Shown here piece after piece: positions 29,078 to 37,658 of a DNA stretch of 64,000 bases; the first letter of the stretch is position 1, and every line of letters begins with the position of its first letter. Made by a program: the position numbers and the translations under genes. This DNA is from Bacilli bacterium. Its GTDB lineage: Bacteria > Bacillota_I > Bacilli_A > RFN20 > CAG-826. Where the stretch lies: NCBI GenBank assembly GCA_024408295.1, contig JAKSVE010000001.1:21657-85656 (forward strand). Direction: 5' to 3'. The notes beneath the pieces were generated by a model. The model did no database searches. It was not told the DNA's origin and saw only the letters and a program-made list of their open reading frames with translations.

Positions 29078-29440
29078 ATGCAGTTATACGAATCAAGCGA
29101 AGATTATTTAGAGAGAATCCTGATGATTCAGGAGGAGAAGGGCTATGTCCGTTCTATCGACGTTGCTAAAGAGCTTGGTTTCTCCAAGCCGTCCGTATCT
29201 GTTGCAATGAAGAAGCTGAGAGAAAATGGCTATATCACTTTTGATGACGATGACCATATTCATTTGACTGAATCCGGACTTGATGTTGCGAAGAAGATGT
29301 ACGAAAGACATCAGACGTTATCCGCATTATTCATCAAGTTAGGCGTAGATGAGAAAATCGCAAAAGAAGATGCCTGCAAGATCGAGCATGATTTGAGCGT
29401 TGAAACCTATGAGGCTTTAAAATCGCTCCTCGATAAATAA
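29078..29440 (+). CDS. DtxR/MntR-family metal-dependent transcriptional regulator (no SH3-like C-domain)
   Basis: SEDYLERI...wHTH (SVSVAMKKLRENGYI)...HQTLSALF dimerisation helices. 120 aa from ATG 29078. Confidence 0.85.
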   Translation: MQLYESSEDYLERILMIQEEKGYVRSIDVAKELGFSKPSVSVAMKKLRENGYITFDDDDHIHLTESGLDVAKKMYERHQTLSALFIKLGVDEKIAKEDACKIEHDLSVETYEALKSLLDK

Positions 29441-29444
29441 GAAT

Positions 29445-29466
29445 GTGCCGAATGGCACTTTTCTTT
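29445..29466 (+). terminator. intrinsic terminator of the regulator gene
   Basis: GTGCC GAAT GGCAC then TTTTCTTTT. Confidence 0.7.
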
Positions 29467-29487
29467 TAGAAATGCTATACTGAGACC

Positions 29488-30759
29488 ATGAATAAGCCGT
29501 TTATCATCAGAGGAGACATCATCTTCTCAAACCAAGACAAGTCTTTAAATGTCAACAAGAACTCATATCTCGTGTCCGATGGATATAAATCATTGGGTAT
29601 CTTTAAGCGTATACCTAAGAAATATAAGGATTATGAGTTAATAGACTACAAAGGAAAGCTCATCATTCCAGGATTCTCAGATTTACATGTACACGCACCT
29701 CAATATCAATATAGAGGAACCGGTATGGATGTCGAACTAATGGAATGGCTTGAGAAATACGCATTCAAGGAAGAGAGAAAATACGGGAACAACACCTATG
29801 CCAAGAAAGCGTATAAGATGTTTGTCGACGAATTGAAAAACGGATACACAACTAGAGCTTCTATTTTCGCAACAATCCATAGAGAAGGTACCAGAATCCT
29901 CATGAAACTCCTTGAGAAGAGTGGGCTTTCAACATATGTTGGCCTTGTTGAGATGGATAGGAATTCACCGGATTATTATCGTCAGGCGTCTGTTGAAGAA
30001 GCACTAAAAGATACCGAGCAGTGGATAGTGGAATCACAGCTGTTTGATAATACATACCCAATAATCACACCTAGATTCCTGCCTACTTGTTCGGATGAAC
30101 TTATGGCTGGATTGTCCGAATTAAGAAAGAAATACAATCTAAAATCGCAGAGTCATTTGGATGAGAATCCTCTAGAAATCCAGTTTGTAATGGAGATAGA
30201 AAAGGACGTTGACCACTATAGTGGTGGGTACATTAAATTCGATATGTTCGGTTTAGATCACGACTGCATCATGGCCCACTGCGTTCATAACAACGAAGAA
30301 GAAATCAAGTTACTGAAAGATAGAGGCATATTTGTCGCTCACTGCCCTGAATCGAACATGAATGTCACAAGTGGAATTGCTCCAATTTCAAAATATCTAG
30401 ATATGGGCATCAGGGTTGGCCTTGGCTCGGATGTTGGAGGCGGATCATCACTCTCCCTTCTTAGAGCGGCAAGGCAATCAATTCAAGTATCTAAGCTCTA
30501 CCGTAGATGCATCGATATGAATCTTAGATCTCTAGATTCAAAAGACGCATTCTATATGCTCACTAGAGGTGGAGGAGAATTCTTCGGACACGTTGGCTCA
30601 TTAGAAAAAGGATATGAATTCGACTGTGTTGTTGTTGATGACAGCAAAATAAAAACCCTTTTGAATGACTCGCCAGAAGAAAGAATCGAAAGGCTTTTGT
30701 ACTTAGGGGATGAATCATTAATCGTTGCAAAATACTGCAAAGGAAAGAAGATAATCTAG
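29488..30759 (+). CDS. guanine deaminase-like amidohydrolase
   Basis: PGFSDLHVHAPQYQYRGTGMDVELMEWLEKYAFKEE closely follows the guanine deaminase N-terminal metal-binding region. HxH motif present. Confidence 0.8.
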   Translation: MNKPFIIRGDIIFSNQDKSLNVNKNSYLVSDGYKSLGIFKRIPKKYKDYELIDYKGKLIIPGFSDLHVHAPQYQYRGTGMDVELMEWLEKYAFKEERKYGNNTYAKKAYKMFVDELKNGYTTRASIFATIHREGTRILMKLLEKSGLSTYVGLVEMDRNSPDYYRQASVEEALKDTEQWIVESQLFDNTYPIITPRFLPTCSDELMAGLSELRKKYNLKSQSHLDENPLEIQFVMEIEKDVDHYSGGYIKFDMFGLDHDCIMAHCVHNNEEEIKLLKDRGIFVAHCPESNMNVTSGIAPISKYLDMGIRVGLGSDVGGGSSLSLLRAARQSIQVSKLYRRCIDMNLRSLDSKDAFYMLTRGGGEFFGHVGSLEKGYEFDCVVVDDSKIKTLLNDSPEERIERLLYLGDESLIVAKYCKGKKII

Positions 30760-30760
30760 T

Positions 30761-30797
30761 AAAAAAACGCCAGAATCTCAGCGAAACTGGCGTTTTT
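30761..30797. terminator. bidirectional intrinsic terminator between convergent genes
   Basis: AAAAAAA-ACGCCAG...CTGGCGT-TTTTTAT. Confidence 0.8.
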
Positions 30798-30798
30798 A

Positions 30799-31926
30799 TT
30801 AATATAGAAGAATACTTCTGATATTGTCCAACTCAGAGGATGTCATGCCGATATCCAGGAAGTAGTTGTATGTCTTTTCTTTTAATGTGGCACCTTCTAA
30901 TCCCATAAGATATTTATTATAAATCTTTGGATTGTCGAGGTTTCTTGTGCCGTTGATAAGTCCGAAGTTGGAGAAGAGGTAATCTCTACATAACGTATCG
31001 TGGTCCAAGCCGAGTAACGCTCCGAGGAAGTATGCAGTGACCCCGGTTCTATCCGTTCCAATCGCGCAGTGGAAGACGATTGGATATGATTTCTCATCCG
31101 CGAATACCTTAAAGATATTCTTGAATTGCTCCTTCTCGTTTATGTGAGTTTTTGAAATTTCGTTTTCCAAAGGCAACGAGACGTATTTGACGTCATTGCC
31201 GATCAAGGATTTCCCCAAGTGTTCCATGTGCCCGGTTTCTCCATCATCGACGGTTCTTAGGTCTAGTTCAGTCCTTATTCCGACCACATCTCTTAAGAAT
31301 TCCTTTCCCTTACCGCTGATGGTGGGTGTTAAAGAATCGGTGTATCTCTCATTGAACTGGCCACTTCTGATGACCATGTTCTGCTTTACGTGCTTTCCGT
31401 CGCTTGTTGTATATCCGCCCATATCTCTTGCGTTGGTAACTCCTCCGATATCAAGGTTTCTAGGGGTGGTGGATAATGTATTGAATGACTGCACGGTGCT
31501 CTTATATTTATGATTGCCTGCCTCAGCCTCAATTTGATAGTAGTAAGTCGTTCCAACCTTAAGGTTGCTTAATGTTGCAGTCGTATCATCATACTCATAT
31601 ACGAGCGGATTAATCATATCCTCGGATTCGCTTAGGTAGAATGTGTACAAGCTGACTCTTTTTGAATCGAAGGTTTTGAATTCCCAAGTGATTTCTAAAT
31701 CATTTGGCTTCGAGACCTCTTCATATCCTCTTGCGTATGTCTCAACAGACTCTATCGAATCGTTAAGATATTGGTTCTGCAAATCGGTGTGGATATCAAT
31801 GTCTTTGTATTCATTGAAGGAGAATGAAAAATCACCGTCTCCGGCTGTGACACTGCTATACACCTTGCCACAAGATGCAAGCAATCCTAATGCGATGACG
31901 GCTAGTGGAACGACTCTCTTTCTCAT
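30799..31926 (-). CDS. lipoprotein tyrosine-phosphatase-family protein (Y_phosphatase3-like) with N-terminal beta-sandwich region
   Basis: Lipobox LLASC after MRKRVVPLAVIALG. CX5R motif HCAIGTDRTG. SD GGAGG before ATG 31926. Confidence 0.8.
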   Translation of the reverse strand: MRKRVVPLAVIALGLLASCGKVYSSVTAGDGDFSFSFNEYKDIDIHTDLQNQYLNDSIESVETYARGYEEVSKPNDLEITWEFKTFDSKRVSLYTFYLSESEDMINPLVYEYDDTTATLSNLKVGTTYYYQIEAEAGNHKYKSTVQSFNTLSTTPRNLDIGGVTNARDMGGYTTSDGKHVKQNMVIRSGQFNERYTDSLTPTISGKGKEFLRDVVGIRTELDLRTVDDGETGHMEHLGKSLIGNDVKYVSLPLENEISKTHINEKEQFKNIFKVFADEKSYPIVFHCAIGTDRTGVTAYFLGALLGLDHDTLCRDYLFSNFGLINGTRNLDNPKIYNKYLMGLEGATLKEKTYNYFLDIGMTSSELDNIRSILLY

Positions 31927-32033
31927 ATCTATCCTCCGAATATAGTTAAATGATAACAAAACCAATGCTTTATTCACATATACAAGCGCATTGGCAACGA
32001 AAAAAGCCCGGATACCCGAGCTTTGATTTCTGA

Positions 32034-32117
32034 TGGTGCGGGAAATGAGACTCGAACTCACAAGGATCTCTCCATACGCCCCTCAAACGTACGCGTTTAC
32101 CATTTCGCCATCCCCGC
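32034..32117 (-). tRNA. tRNA-Leu (anticodon GAG), CCA encoded
   Basis: GCGGGGATGGCGAAATGG..., TACGT-TTGAGGG-GCGTA, long variable arm, GAGTTCGAGTCTC, CCGCACCA. Confidence 0.9.
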
Positions 32118-32165
32118 GGCGAAGTGTATTATATGCACACTCCAAGAGAATGGCAACACTTTTAT

Positions 32166-33806
32166 TTATAAACCCAAGATTGGGAATACAAGTAATTGTG
32201 CGATTGCGAAGAACAAGAGCAATGACGATACGTCAATGATGGTTGTAAGGATTGGCTGAGCAATGACAGCTGGGTCTTTTTTAAGAGCGGCAGTGACGAG
32301 TGGCAAGACGATTGCCAAGACCTTTGAGAAGATGATTCCAGCGAATAATGTGATGGAAACCGCCGCAGAAACAATGAGAACTGGCTTGAAGAATGTCCAG
32401 CTCCAGATGTTTCCTTGCCACAATGTGACAAGCGCATCGGCATCAAGTCCCTTCATCGCGATGACTGCATCAACCGCGTGGCTGTTGATAACGATTCCGG
32501 TCATTTGTTCCATTGTGAACCAAATCATGCCAAACGCTCCAACGATTGCAGCGGTGATGAGCGATGATCTGATTTCCTTCCAGATGATCTTTCCGAAGTC
32601 GCTAGGGCCGAATTCTCTAAGTGAGAGACCGCGGATCATGAGAGCGATGGTCTGGCCTCCTGAGTTACCGCCTGTATCCATGAGGACTGTGATGAATGCC
32701 GTTAAGACTGCAAGTGTTCCAAGAGTGTCTTCAAGTCTTGAGAGAACCATTGACGAGAATGTTCCTAAGACCATAAGGATGATAAGCCATGGGAAGCATT
32801 TCTTTGCCATGTCCCAAGGCTTTGTTTCGAGGTATGAATCCTCTAATGTACCGACCTTGTTCATGGATTCGATATCCTCGGTTGTCTCTTCGACCATGAC
32901 GTCGATAGCGTCGTCGACTGTGACAACACCGACGAGTCGATCTTCGTCGTTTAAGACCGCCAAGGCCTTCATGTCGTTATAACGTCTGAATAAGTTAGCG
33001 ACTTCCTCTTTGTCGGTATTTGCCTGAACTGTTGGGATATCCACGCTCATGATGTCCTCGAGTTTCTCGTCTTCTTTAGCGAAGATGAGATCGTCTAAGT
33101 TGACCATACCGATGAATTTTCTCTGTGGATCTCTAACGAAAATGGTATAGATGGTTTCCGCATCCTTACCTTTTGAACGAATCTGCTGGATGGTTGACTT
33201 GACATCCATGTCGCCTCTGAACTCGAGGAACTCGGTAGTCATGACCGCTCCGGCAGTATCTTCTTTATATTTTAATAACTGGTTGATGGAGGCACGCATT
33301 TCCTTGTCTGCCGCCTTGAGGACTCTCATAGCGAGGTTAGCTGGCATATCGCCGACAACGTCAGCGATGTCGTCTGCGTACTGCTCGTTGATGACTGCGA
33401 CAAGTTCTTTGTCGGTCATGCCGCGGATGAGTTCCTCTTTCTTGTCCTGGGATAACTCCTCGAACAATTCCGCCGTCATCTCAGCCTTCATCATTCTGAA
33501 AAGTCTGATTAAAGTGGTGACCTCAATCTCATCGCAAGCTTCTGCGATATCGATGTCAGGAACCTCTTCGAAGATTCTGACAAGCTCTTTCTTGTCTCTT
33601 GCATTGATCGCAGCTTCTAATTGTTCTTTTGTGACCTCTTCGATGTCGACTGTCTCTTCGACGGTTTCATCAGCGGCCTCGATGGTCTCCTGATCTGGGA
33701 CGATTGGATCATCGTCATCTAAGATGACAGGTTCACTAGGAGGAACATCCCTAATCTGTTCTGTCTCTTCGACTTTTTCTTCTTTGATTTCTTCTTCGTT
33801 TAACAT
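32166..33806 (-). CDS. mgtE: magnesium transporter MgtE with acidic N-terminal extension
   Basis: MgtE N-domain, tandem CBS region, and C-terminal 5-TM domain (GNSGGQ motif). SD AAAGGAGG before ATG 33806. Confidence 0.92.
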   Translation of the reverse strand: MLNEEEIKEEKVEETEQIRDVPPSEPVILDDDDPIVPDQETIEAADETVEETVDIEEVTKEQLEAAINARDKKELVRIFEEVPDIDIAEACDEIEVTTLIRLFRMMKAEMTAELFEELSQDKKEELIRGMTDKELVAVINEQYADDIADVVGDMPANLAMRVLKAADKEMRASINQLLKYKEDTAGAVMTTEFLEFRGDMDVKSTIQQIRSKGKDAETIYTIFVRDPQRKFIGMVNLDDLIFAKEDEKLEDIMSVDIPTVQANTDKEEVANLFRRYNDMKALAVLNDEDRLVGVVTVDDAIDVMVEETTEDIESMNKVGTLEDSYLETKPWDMAKKCFPWLIILMVLGTFSSMVLSRLEDTLGTLAVLTAFITVLMDTGGNSGGQTIALMIRGLSLREFGPSDFGKIIWKEIRSSLITAAIVGAFGMIWFTMEQMTGIVINSHAVDAVIAMKGLDADALVTLWQGNIWSWTFFKPVLIVSAAVSITLFAGIIFSKVLAIVLPLVTAALKKDPAVIAQPILTTIIDVSSLLLFFAIAQLLVFPILGL

Positions 33807-33948
33807 GGCTGTTACCTCCTTTGAGGCAAGTTTAACCTTTATTAATAAAGAAGTGTTAGCGAAAAATAATCTTTTCGCAAAAATGCGTATTTGTCCCCGC
33901 AATTTAGTGGTCTATAATATCTCCGGATTCAAATAGGAGATTACCAAA

Positions 33949-34524
33949 ATGGCAGAATTAAAATTCATCGTTGAGACATCAGCACGTCACGTCCACGTCA
34001 CAGATGCAACCCTCAAGACATTATTCGGCGCAGATGCTGAATTGACAGTCAAGAAGATGCTTTCACAGCCTGGACAGTTCGCTTCAGGACAGAAGGTCAC
34101 AGTCGTCGGACCAAAAGGACAGCTCGCATGCTCAATCCTCGGCCCAACAAGAAAAGCAGATCAGGTCGAATTATCATTATCAGACGCTAGAGCAATCGGC
34201 GTTGTCGTCCCAGTAAGAGAATCAGGCGACACAAAGGGATCAGCTCCAGTCAAGCTCGTCGGCCCATGCGGCGAAGTCGAATTGGCTGAAGGCGCAATCG
34301 CAGCTAAGAGACACATCCACATGACCCCAGCTGATGCAGAAGCATTCGGCGTCACAAACGGAGAGATCGTCAACGTCAAGGTCTCAGGCACAGGAAGAGA
34401 GACAATCTTCGGTGACACAGTCATCCGTGTCCACGAAACATACGCACTTGCAATGCACATCGACACAGATGAGTGCAACGCAGCTTGCGCAGCCGGAACA
34501 ATCTACGGCGAAATCGTCAAGTAA
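33949..34524 (+). CDS. pduL: phosphate propanoyl/acetyl-transferase PduL
   Basis: Duplicated PduL repeats (SARHVHV...; AKRHIHM...). 191 aa. Confidence 0.88.
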   Translation: MAELKFIVETSARHVHVTDATLKTLFGADAELTVKKMLSQPGQFASGQKVTVVGPKGQLACSILGPTRKADQVELSLSDARAIGVVVPVRESGDTKGSAPVKLVGPCGEVELAEGAIAAKRHIHMTPADAEAFGVTNGEIVNVKVSGTGRETIFGDTVIRVHETYALAMHIDTDECNAACAAGTIYGEIVK

Positions 34525-34778
34525 TGAGAAAAGAATACTCATATACACCTACGGGAGTTTGCTCACGCAGAATCAACATCGTCCTCGAAGACAACATCAT
34601 CGAAAGCGTTGAATTCATCGGCGGATGCAACGGAAACACCCAAGGAGTTGCTAAGTTAGCAGCCGGAAGAGACGTTGATGAGGTCATCGAAATCCTCGCA
34701 GGAACTAGATGCGGTGGAAGACCAACATCATGCCCAGACCAGCTCGCTAGAGCATTGCTTAACGCAAAGAACGCATAA
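34524..34778 (+). CDS. TSCPD-domain (TIGR03905-like 4-Cys) protein
   Basis: 84 aa ending ...GTRCGGRPTSCPDQLARAL. TAATG overlap with pduL. Confidence 0.8.
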   Translation: MRKEYSYTPTGVCSRRINIVLEDNIIESVEFIGGCNGNTQGVAKLAAGRDVDEVIEILAGTRCGGRPTSCPDQLARALLNAKNA

Positions 34779-34784
34779 GAGACC

Positions 34785-34815
34785 AGCGGATGCCAATGCA
34801 TTCGCTTTTCTTTTT
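34785..34815 (+). terminator. intrinsic terminator of pduL operon
   Basis: AGCGGATGC CAAT GCATTCGCT (9 bp) then TTTCTTTTT. Confidence 0.8.
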
Positions 34816-34817
34816 GC

Positions 34818-34845
34818 TTGATTTAAATGCGTTCTGGCTTACAAT
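34818..34845 (+). promoter_or_regulatory. promoter of the metK leader
   Basis: TTGATT, 16 nt, TACAAT. Confidence 0.55.
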
Positions 34846-34865
34846 AATGCCACGACGAGAAAGTC

Positions 34866-35017
34866 GAACATCAAGAAGCGGTTAAAAAGGACTGTGAAAA
34901 ACCGCTAGCAACTCCTCTATAGAGGTAAGTGCTTGTCCCAAGCCGGACCCACCCCGGAACGATGTTAGACAGGATTGCTATTTAGATGAGGCCTTCCACC
35001 ATGTGGGAGGTATTTTT
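34866..35017 (+). promoter_or_regulatory. SAM-I-clan riboswitch (atypical, SAM-I/IV-like) with terminator expression platform
   Basis: P1 AACAUC/GAUGUU. P2 AGCGGUU/AACCGCU enclosing GGACUG. Conserved AGCAAC after P2. Short P3 CCUC/GAGG, then GUGCU. Terminator CCTTCCAC CAT GTGGGAGG plus TATTTTT sits 20 nt before the metK SD. Confidence 0.6.
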
Positions 35018-35037
35018 CGTCTAAAGGAGTTATAGAT

Positions 35038-36204
35038 ATGAAGAATAAGTTCTTATTCACCAGTGAGTCCGTTTCAGAAGGACACCCAGACAAGGTTTGC
35101 GATCAGATTTCAGACGCAATCCTTGATGCTTGCTTAGCAAAAGATCCAAAGGCACACGTTGCATGCGAGACATTCGCAACAGAGGAATTCATCCTTATCG
35201 GCGGAGAAATCACAATGGACGGAGTGGTTGATTACGAATCAATCGCTAGAGGCGTGTTAAGAAAGATTGGCTACAACAAGCCAGAAGATGGAATCGGTGC
35301 GGATTCATGCAAGATTCTTGTCAAGATCAACACCCAGTCGCCAGACATTGCAATGGGTGTAGAAAAAGAAGACCCATTGAACAACGGAGCAGGAGACCAG
35401 GGCATAATGTTTGGCTATGCCACAAACGAATCAGACGGATATATGCCTCTTGCAATCTCAATCGCCCATAAGCTCGTAAGAAGCGCAACGGCAAAGAGAA
35501 AATCAGGAGAATTCAAGCATGCTAGACCTGATATGAAATCCCAGGTCACAATCGACTATACCGACCCAACTCACCCATTAGTGGACACAGTCCTCATGTC
35601 ATGTCAGCATGATGAAGAGGCGGATTTAGAGGAATTCCGCAAGTACATCCACGAAAACATCATGATTCCTGTTGTTGCGGGATTCGGCATGAATACGGAT
35701 TTCAAGTTCTTGGTCAACCCAACTGGAAGATTCGCAGTCGGCGGACCAAAAGGCGATACGGGATTAACCGGAAGAAAGCTAGTCGTCGATACCTATGGCG
35801 GATATTGCCGTCACGGTGGTGGCGCATTCTCTGGCAAAGACCCATCAAAAGTCGACAGATCAGCATCATATTATGCTAGATACATCGCCAAGAACCTCGT
35901 TGCAGCAGGTGCAGCAGATAGAATGGAAATCCAGCTTAGCTACGCAATTGGAGTTGCTGAGCCATTATCAATCTCGGTATCAACATTCAAGACCGCTCAC
36001 GTTGAGGATGATAAAATCTTGAGCGCAATCAAGGAATACTTCGACTGTAGACCAGGCGCTATAATCCAGCAATTCTCAATGAGAACGCCAAACTTCAAGT
36101 ACCAGGATACCTGCAACTATGGATGCTTCGGCAGACCAGATATTGACCTCCCATGGGAGAGACTTGATAAGGTTGAAGCCCTTAAGGCATACTTCGCAAA
36201 ATAA
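35038..36204 (+). CDS. metK: S-adenosylmethionine synthase
   Basis: FTSESVSEGHPDK, GAGDQG, GGGAFSGKD motifs. Confidence 0.96.
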   Translation: MKNKFLFTSESVSEGHPDKVCDQISDAILDACLAKDPKAHVACETFATEEFILIGGEITMDGVVDYESIARGVLRKIGYNKPEDGIGADSCKILVKINTQSPDIAMGVEKEDPLNNGAGDQGIMFGYATNESDGYMPLAISIAHKLVRSATAKRKSGEFKHARPDMKSQVTIDYTDPTHPLVDTVLMSCQHDEEADLEEFRKYIHENIMIPVVAGFGMNTDFKFLVNPTGRFAVGGPKGDTGLTGRKLVVDTYGGYCRHGGGAFSGKDPSKVDRSASYYARYIAKNLVAAGAADRMEIQLSYAIGVAEPLSISVSTFKTAHVEDDKILSAIKEYFDCRPGAIIQQFSMRTPNFKYQDTCNYGCFGRPDIDLPWERLDKVEALKAYFAK

Positions 36205-36219
36205 GCAGAAAATGAACAA

Positions 36220-36260
36220 ATGTAACCATCGATGTAAGAGGTTACATTTTTTCTTTTTTA
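36220..36260 (+). terminator. intrinsic terminator of metK
   Basis: ATGTAACC...GGTTACAT then TTTTTTCTTTTTT. Confidence 0.8.
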
Positions 36261-36372
36261 AAAAAATAGTGTCGACTACATCGGCACTTTTTAACTATTG
36301 CTTTCCTTTTTGAAATTGTTGGCTAGAATAAAGGGTGTAGTAGGGGAGTATCCCCCTCCGGAGGACATAGAT

Positions 36373-36924
36373 ATGAAATATCAGATTATCGGTAAAAACA
36401 TCGAAGTCACCGACGCTATCCAGAACGTAGTCGAAGAAAAGCTCGCTAGGATGGACAAGTACTTCATCATCAACGAGGACGTAGATTGCCGCGTTGTTGT
36501 AAGAAGCTACAAAGTCGGCGCAAAAGTGGAAGTCACAATCTTCACAAAGGAAATGGACTTCAGAACAGAAGTCGTCGATGCTGATCTTTATGCTGGAATC
36601 GACCTCGCAGTCGACAAGCTCGAAGACCAGATGAGAAGACTCAAGACAAGAATGTCAAGAAAGGGCGATCTCTCACTCGGCAGATCAATCGCATTAGAAG
36701 AACTCGAAGAAGACGAGATGGAAGAGGATGCAGAGGAAGTTGTCAGAACAAAGTCTGTCTACCTCAAGCCAATGACACTTGATACAGCAGTCATGAAGAT
36801 GGAGGCAATCGGCCACTCATTCTTCTTGTACTATGACATCGACGATGAAAGAGTCTGCGTCTTATACAAGAGAAACGATGGAGGCTATGGCGTTCTCGAG
36901 GCAGAGAACAACTTCAAGGCCTAA
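36373..36924 (+). CDS. hpf: ribosome hibernation promoting factor (long form)
   Basis: MKYQIIGKNIEVTDAI start, an acidic linker, and a C-terminal dimerisation domain (KPMTLDTAVMKME...FLYY). Confidence 0.9.
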   Translation: MKYQIIGKNIEVTDAIQNVVEEKLARMDKYFIINEDVDCRVVVRSYKVGAKVEVTIFTKEMDFRTEVVDADLYAGIDLAVDKLEDQMRRLKTRMSRKGDLSLGRSIALEELEEDEMEEDAEEVVRTKSVYLKPMTLDTAVMKMEAIGHSFFLYYDIDDERVCVLYKRNDGGYGVLEAENNFKA

Positions 36925-36942
36925 TTCAATTCGCCAAACTAG

Positions 36943-36966
36943 AGGGAGATTCGTTCTCCCTTTTTA
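36943..36966 (+). terminator. intrinsic terminator of hpf
   Basis: AGGGAGA TTCGT TCTCCCT then TTTTAT. Confidence 0.75.
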
Positions 36967-37212
36967 TATTCCTTCCAGTAATTTTTGAACGTCATGCTCG
37001 TCCTGAAGACCGGATTTTTCCGCTTCACCAGCCATATCGTCCTGAATGGTTTTCAAAGCGCGAATCAATGACTTTTCCAATACGATTTGATTTTCATTGA
37101 CTGTGAACGATAGATAATCTCCAGGTTTAGCCCCTAGCACATCTAAAACATCTGAAGGGATGGCCACTTCACCGTTTGCATTAATATTTGCCTGTTTGAT
37201 AAACGAATCCAT
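36964..37212 (-). CDS. AbrB/MazE/SpoVT-type DNA-binding domain protein
   Basis: 82 aa. NGEVAIPSDVLDVLGAKPGDYLSF..IVLEK looped-hinge-helix pattern. SD AGGAGG before ATG 37212. Confidence 0.7.
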   Translation of the reverse strand: MDSFIKQANINANGEVAIPSDVLDVLGAKPGDYLSFTVNENQIVLEKSLIRALKTIQDDMAGEAEKSGLQDEHDVQKLLEGI

Positions 37213-37331
37213 GATAGACCTCCTAGAATATGAGCTGAGACAAGATGTTACACGAATCATATCATATCGGTTCATCGTGTCTATACATTTATGGATTATT
37301 TCCAATAATACAGCCACACGACCCTTTTTCG

Positions 37332-37340
37332 TGATAATAT
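37332..37340 (+). promoter_or_regulatory. extended -10 element (TGATAATAT), 6 nt upstream of ATG 37347
   Basis: TGnTAATAT, no SD between it and the ATG. Implies a leaderless or near-leaderless transcript. Confidence 0.4.
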
Positions 37341-37346
37341 ACTCCC

Positions 37347-37658
37347 ATGAAGAAATCCCTGACCAAGAAAACGATACAAGGAAGAGAATACTTCTATCTT
37401 TGCTATAGGACTAAAGGCAAACTTACCACCAAGTATCTCGGCACTGTTGATAGTCCTAAATACAAGAAGTATCTTTTGAGTCTGACCAAAACCGGCGCGA
37501 ATTACGGGTTAAGACGTTCAAGAATCGATAACTGGAAAGCAGGGGTTCCTATTGCCTATATTGAGGATTCCTACATCGTTCTAGAATACAAGAACGGAGT
37601 AAAGGAATATCTCGATTCGAAGGAAAACGTCAAGAAGGTGGTGTTCCCAAATGGATGA
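37347..37658 (+). CDS. hypothetical small basic protein (candidate antitoxin/partner of the downstream kinase-like gene)
   Basis: 103-aa ORF. 8-nt overlap (ATGGATGA) with the next gene. Confidence 0.6.
   Translation: MKKSLTKKTIQGREYFYLCYRTKGKLTTKYLGTVDSPKYKKYLLSLTKTGANYGLRRSRIDNWKAGVPIAYIEDSYIVLEYKNGVKEYLDSKENVKKVVFPNG

Noticed and set aside
32023-32259. 78- and 68-aa ORFs
   Set aside because: They overlap tRNA-Leu(GAG) and the mgtE 3' end.
32263-33693. Long plus-strand ORFs (239 aa and 180 aa) antisense to mgtE
   Set aside because: They are Ser/Thr/Ala-rich mirror-frame products of a well-supported MgtE gene. They have no SD and no independent signal.
33807-33948. M-box riboswitch upstream of mgtE
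   Set aside because: The region is only 142 nt, is shared with the divergent pduL promoter, and lacks the conserved M-box helices.
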